Source of the DNA: Eledone cirrhosa
Lineage: Eukaryota
Length of the DNA stretch: 64,000 bases
Assembly (NCBI GenBank): GCA_964016885.1
Contig: OZ024742.1
Location: 71,734,001-71,798,000 of the forward strand
Reading direction: 5' to 3'
Below, piece after piece: positions 62,515 through 64,000 of the stretch (its first letter is position 1; every line of letters begins with the position of its first letter). The notes under the pieces were generated by a model. The model had not been told where the DNA came from and ran no database searches. It worked only from the letters and a program-made list of their open reading frames with translations. The translations under genes were made by a program, and so were the position numbers.

Positions 62515-63875
62515 ATCATCATCATAATCGTTTTATGTCCATTTTTCCTCGTTTGCATGGTTTGGATGAGTCTTTCTCAGCACAGCATTCTACTCACTGC
62601 ATTCTTCATCATCTCCTCTGTGAGTCTCAGTGATTTGAGGTCAGATCTCACCACTTCTACCCAGGTCTTTCTTGGTCTACCTCTACTGCAGCTTCCTTCC
62701 ACTGGCATTTCCTGACACTTCTTCACCCATTGATCATCATCTCTGTGCTTCACATGCCCATACCAATGCAGTCTTCTCTCATACACACTACCTCAGATTT
62801 TACTTAAACCTAGCTTCTCCTTCAGTTCATTCAAGCTCAGCCTTTCTCTCACATTTACATTGCTCATCCGACAAATCATGGCTGCTTCATTTCTCTCCAG
62901 TCTACACATGTCTTCTGCAGTCACTACCCATGTTTCACTACCATGCAGCATCAGACTTCGCACATAGGTATCAATCAGTCATCTTTTTGAACGTAGAGAG
63001 AATCTTTTGTCAACAGTGGGAGTAGCTCTCTAAACTTCTTTGACAACCACTTTAATGGATCCTTCCTGTGACTTGAAGAGGTTTATATCACTGCTGCTCT
63101 CCCCTTCAATTACTCCTGTACATCTACATACAAAGTCTTCTTTTTTTGTTAGTCTTTTGGTACCAAAGATTTACATTGTGTACACCATATGGAGTTCATG
63201 CCTACTCCTTTTTTACTACAGCCAGTAGGCATCTCTAACAAAATACACCCCCCTCCCCACCCCATCCACACCGCCCCTTCAATGTAAAGTTATGTTGGTG
63301 CCACAACATCCAGGCCGAAACAAATGAGATCGTGTAGACACAGTCCACGCTGTAATGTGGTCGTGTAGGCAACACGGTAAAAACCTCCAGCCCCACACTG
63401 TAAATGTGGTTGGTGTTAGGAAGGGCATCCAGCTGTAGAAAACCTGCCAGACAGTCCACGCTGTAATGTGGCCGTGTAGGCAACACGGTAAAAACCTCCC
63501 AGCCCCACACTGTAAATGTGCTTGGTGTTAGGAAGGGCATCCAGCTGTAGAAAACCCGCCAGATAGTCCTATGCGAGCAAGACAAACACTCTTGCCTCAA
63601 GTGGGAAAACCCCCGTCCAAACCCATGCAAGCATGGAAGACGGACGTTAAACGTTGATGATGATGATGATGATGAGAGTAGGGCCACTTCCTTGAAGGAA
63701 TCAGGGTCCTATCTTCTTTCCTACTGACTAGCACTTTAGTTTTGGCTAAGTTTACTCTCAGACTTTTTGATTCAAAATTCAGTTTCTATAGTCAGAACTT
63801 ATTTTCTAGTTCTTTTATGGATTCGATTATAAGAACCAAATCATCTGCATAGGGAAGTTCCCATGGACAGCCAAT
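62515..63875 (-). mobile_element. decayed RTE with a nested plus-strand young RTE 3'-UTR copy (about 63221-63675)
   Basis: RRLHWYGHV...GRPRKTW and GCPWELPYADD on minus; the insert matches 40975-41344 and carries an internal duplication. Confidence 0.8.
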
Positions 63876-64000
63876 TTTTATAGTTAACATGTAGGCTTTT
63901 TCTATGGTTTGTTAAAGTGGCAGGTGGTTTCATATTGTTAAGTGTAAATATATATTCCACTTTAATTTGTCATACATTTGCTAGGCCTGTGGCTTCAGTC

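Overview
AT-rich, microsatellite- and transposon-dense animal genomic DNA. The repeat repertoire (tRNA-headed SINEs, RTE LINEs with (GAT)n tails, long (TA)n runs) suggests a cephalopod such as Octopus; this is inference only. One complete protein-coding gene can be reconstructed by hand: POGLUT1/rumi (protein O-glucosyltransferase 1, GT90/CAP10 family) on the minus strand, 10 coding exons from 59637 down to 21066, all GT-AG and in phase, 405 aa, with a 26-kb first intron. Most of the rest is transposon debris: several RTE-clade LINE families, CR1-like and CRE-like LINE fragments, a decayed hAT (Charlie/Buster) transposase, MITEs, SINEs, mini- and microsatellites. Top finding: inside POGLUT1 intron 1 (41418-43199) is a young array of a 466-bp non-coding unit (about 2.9 direct copies plus one inverted copy, head-to-head, embedded in (TA)n). 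Each copy carries a minimal type I hammerhead ribozyme motif (CUGAUGA...GAAACUAGUU, palindromic stem III), the signature of a non-LTR retrozyme / Penelope-like pLTR array that could yield 466-nt self-cleaved or circular RNAs. A diverged relative with a degenerate hammerhead lies at about 38576-38893. Other points of interest: RTE ORFs with a C4HC3 PHD-type finger immediately after the RT core, two twin-priming-type inversions in RTE-type LINEs, and a near-perfect 56-bp hairpin element. All coordinates and alignments were done by eye.
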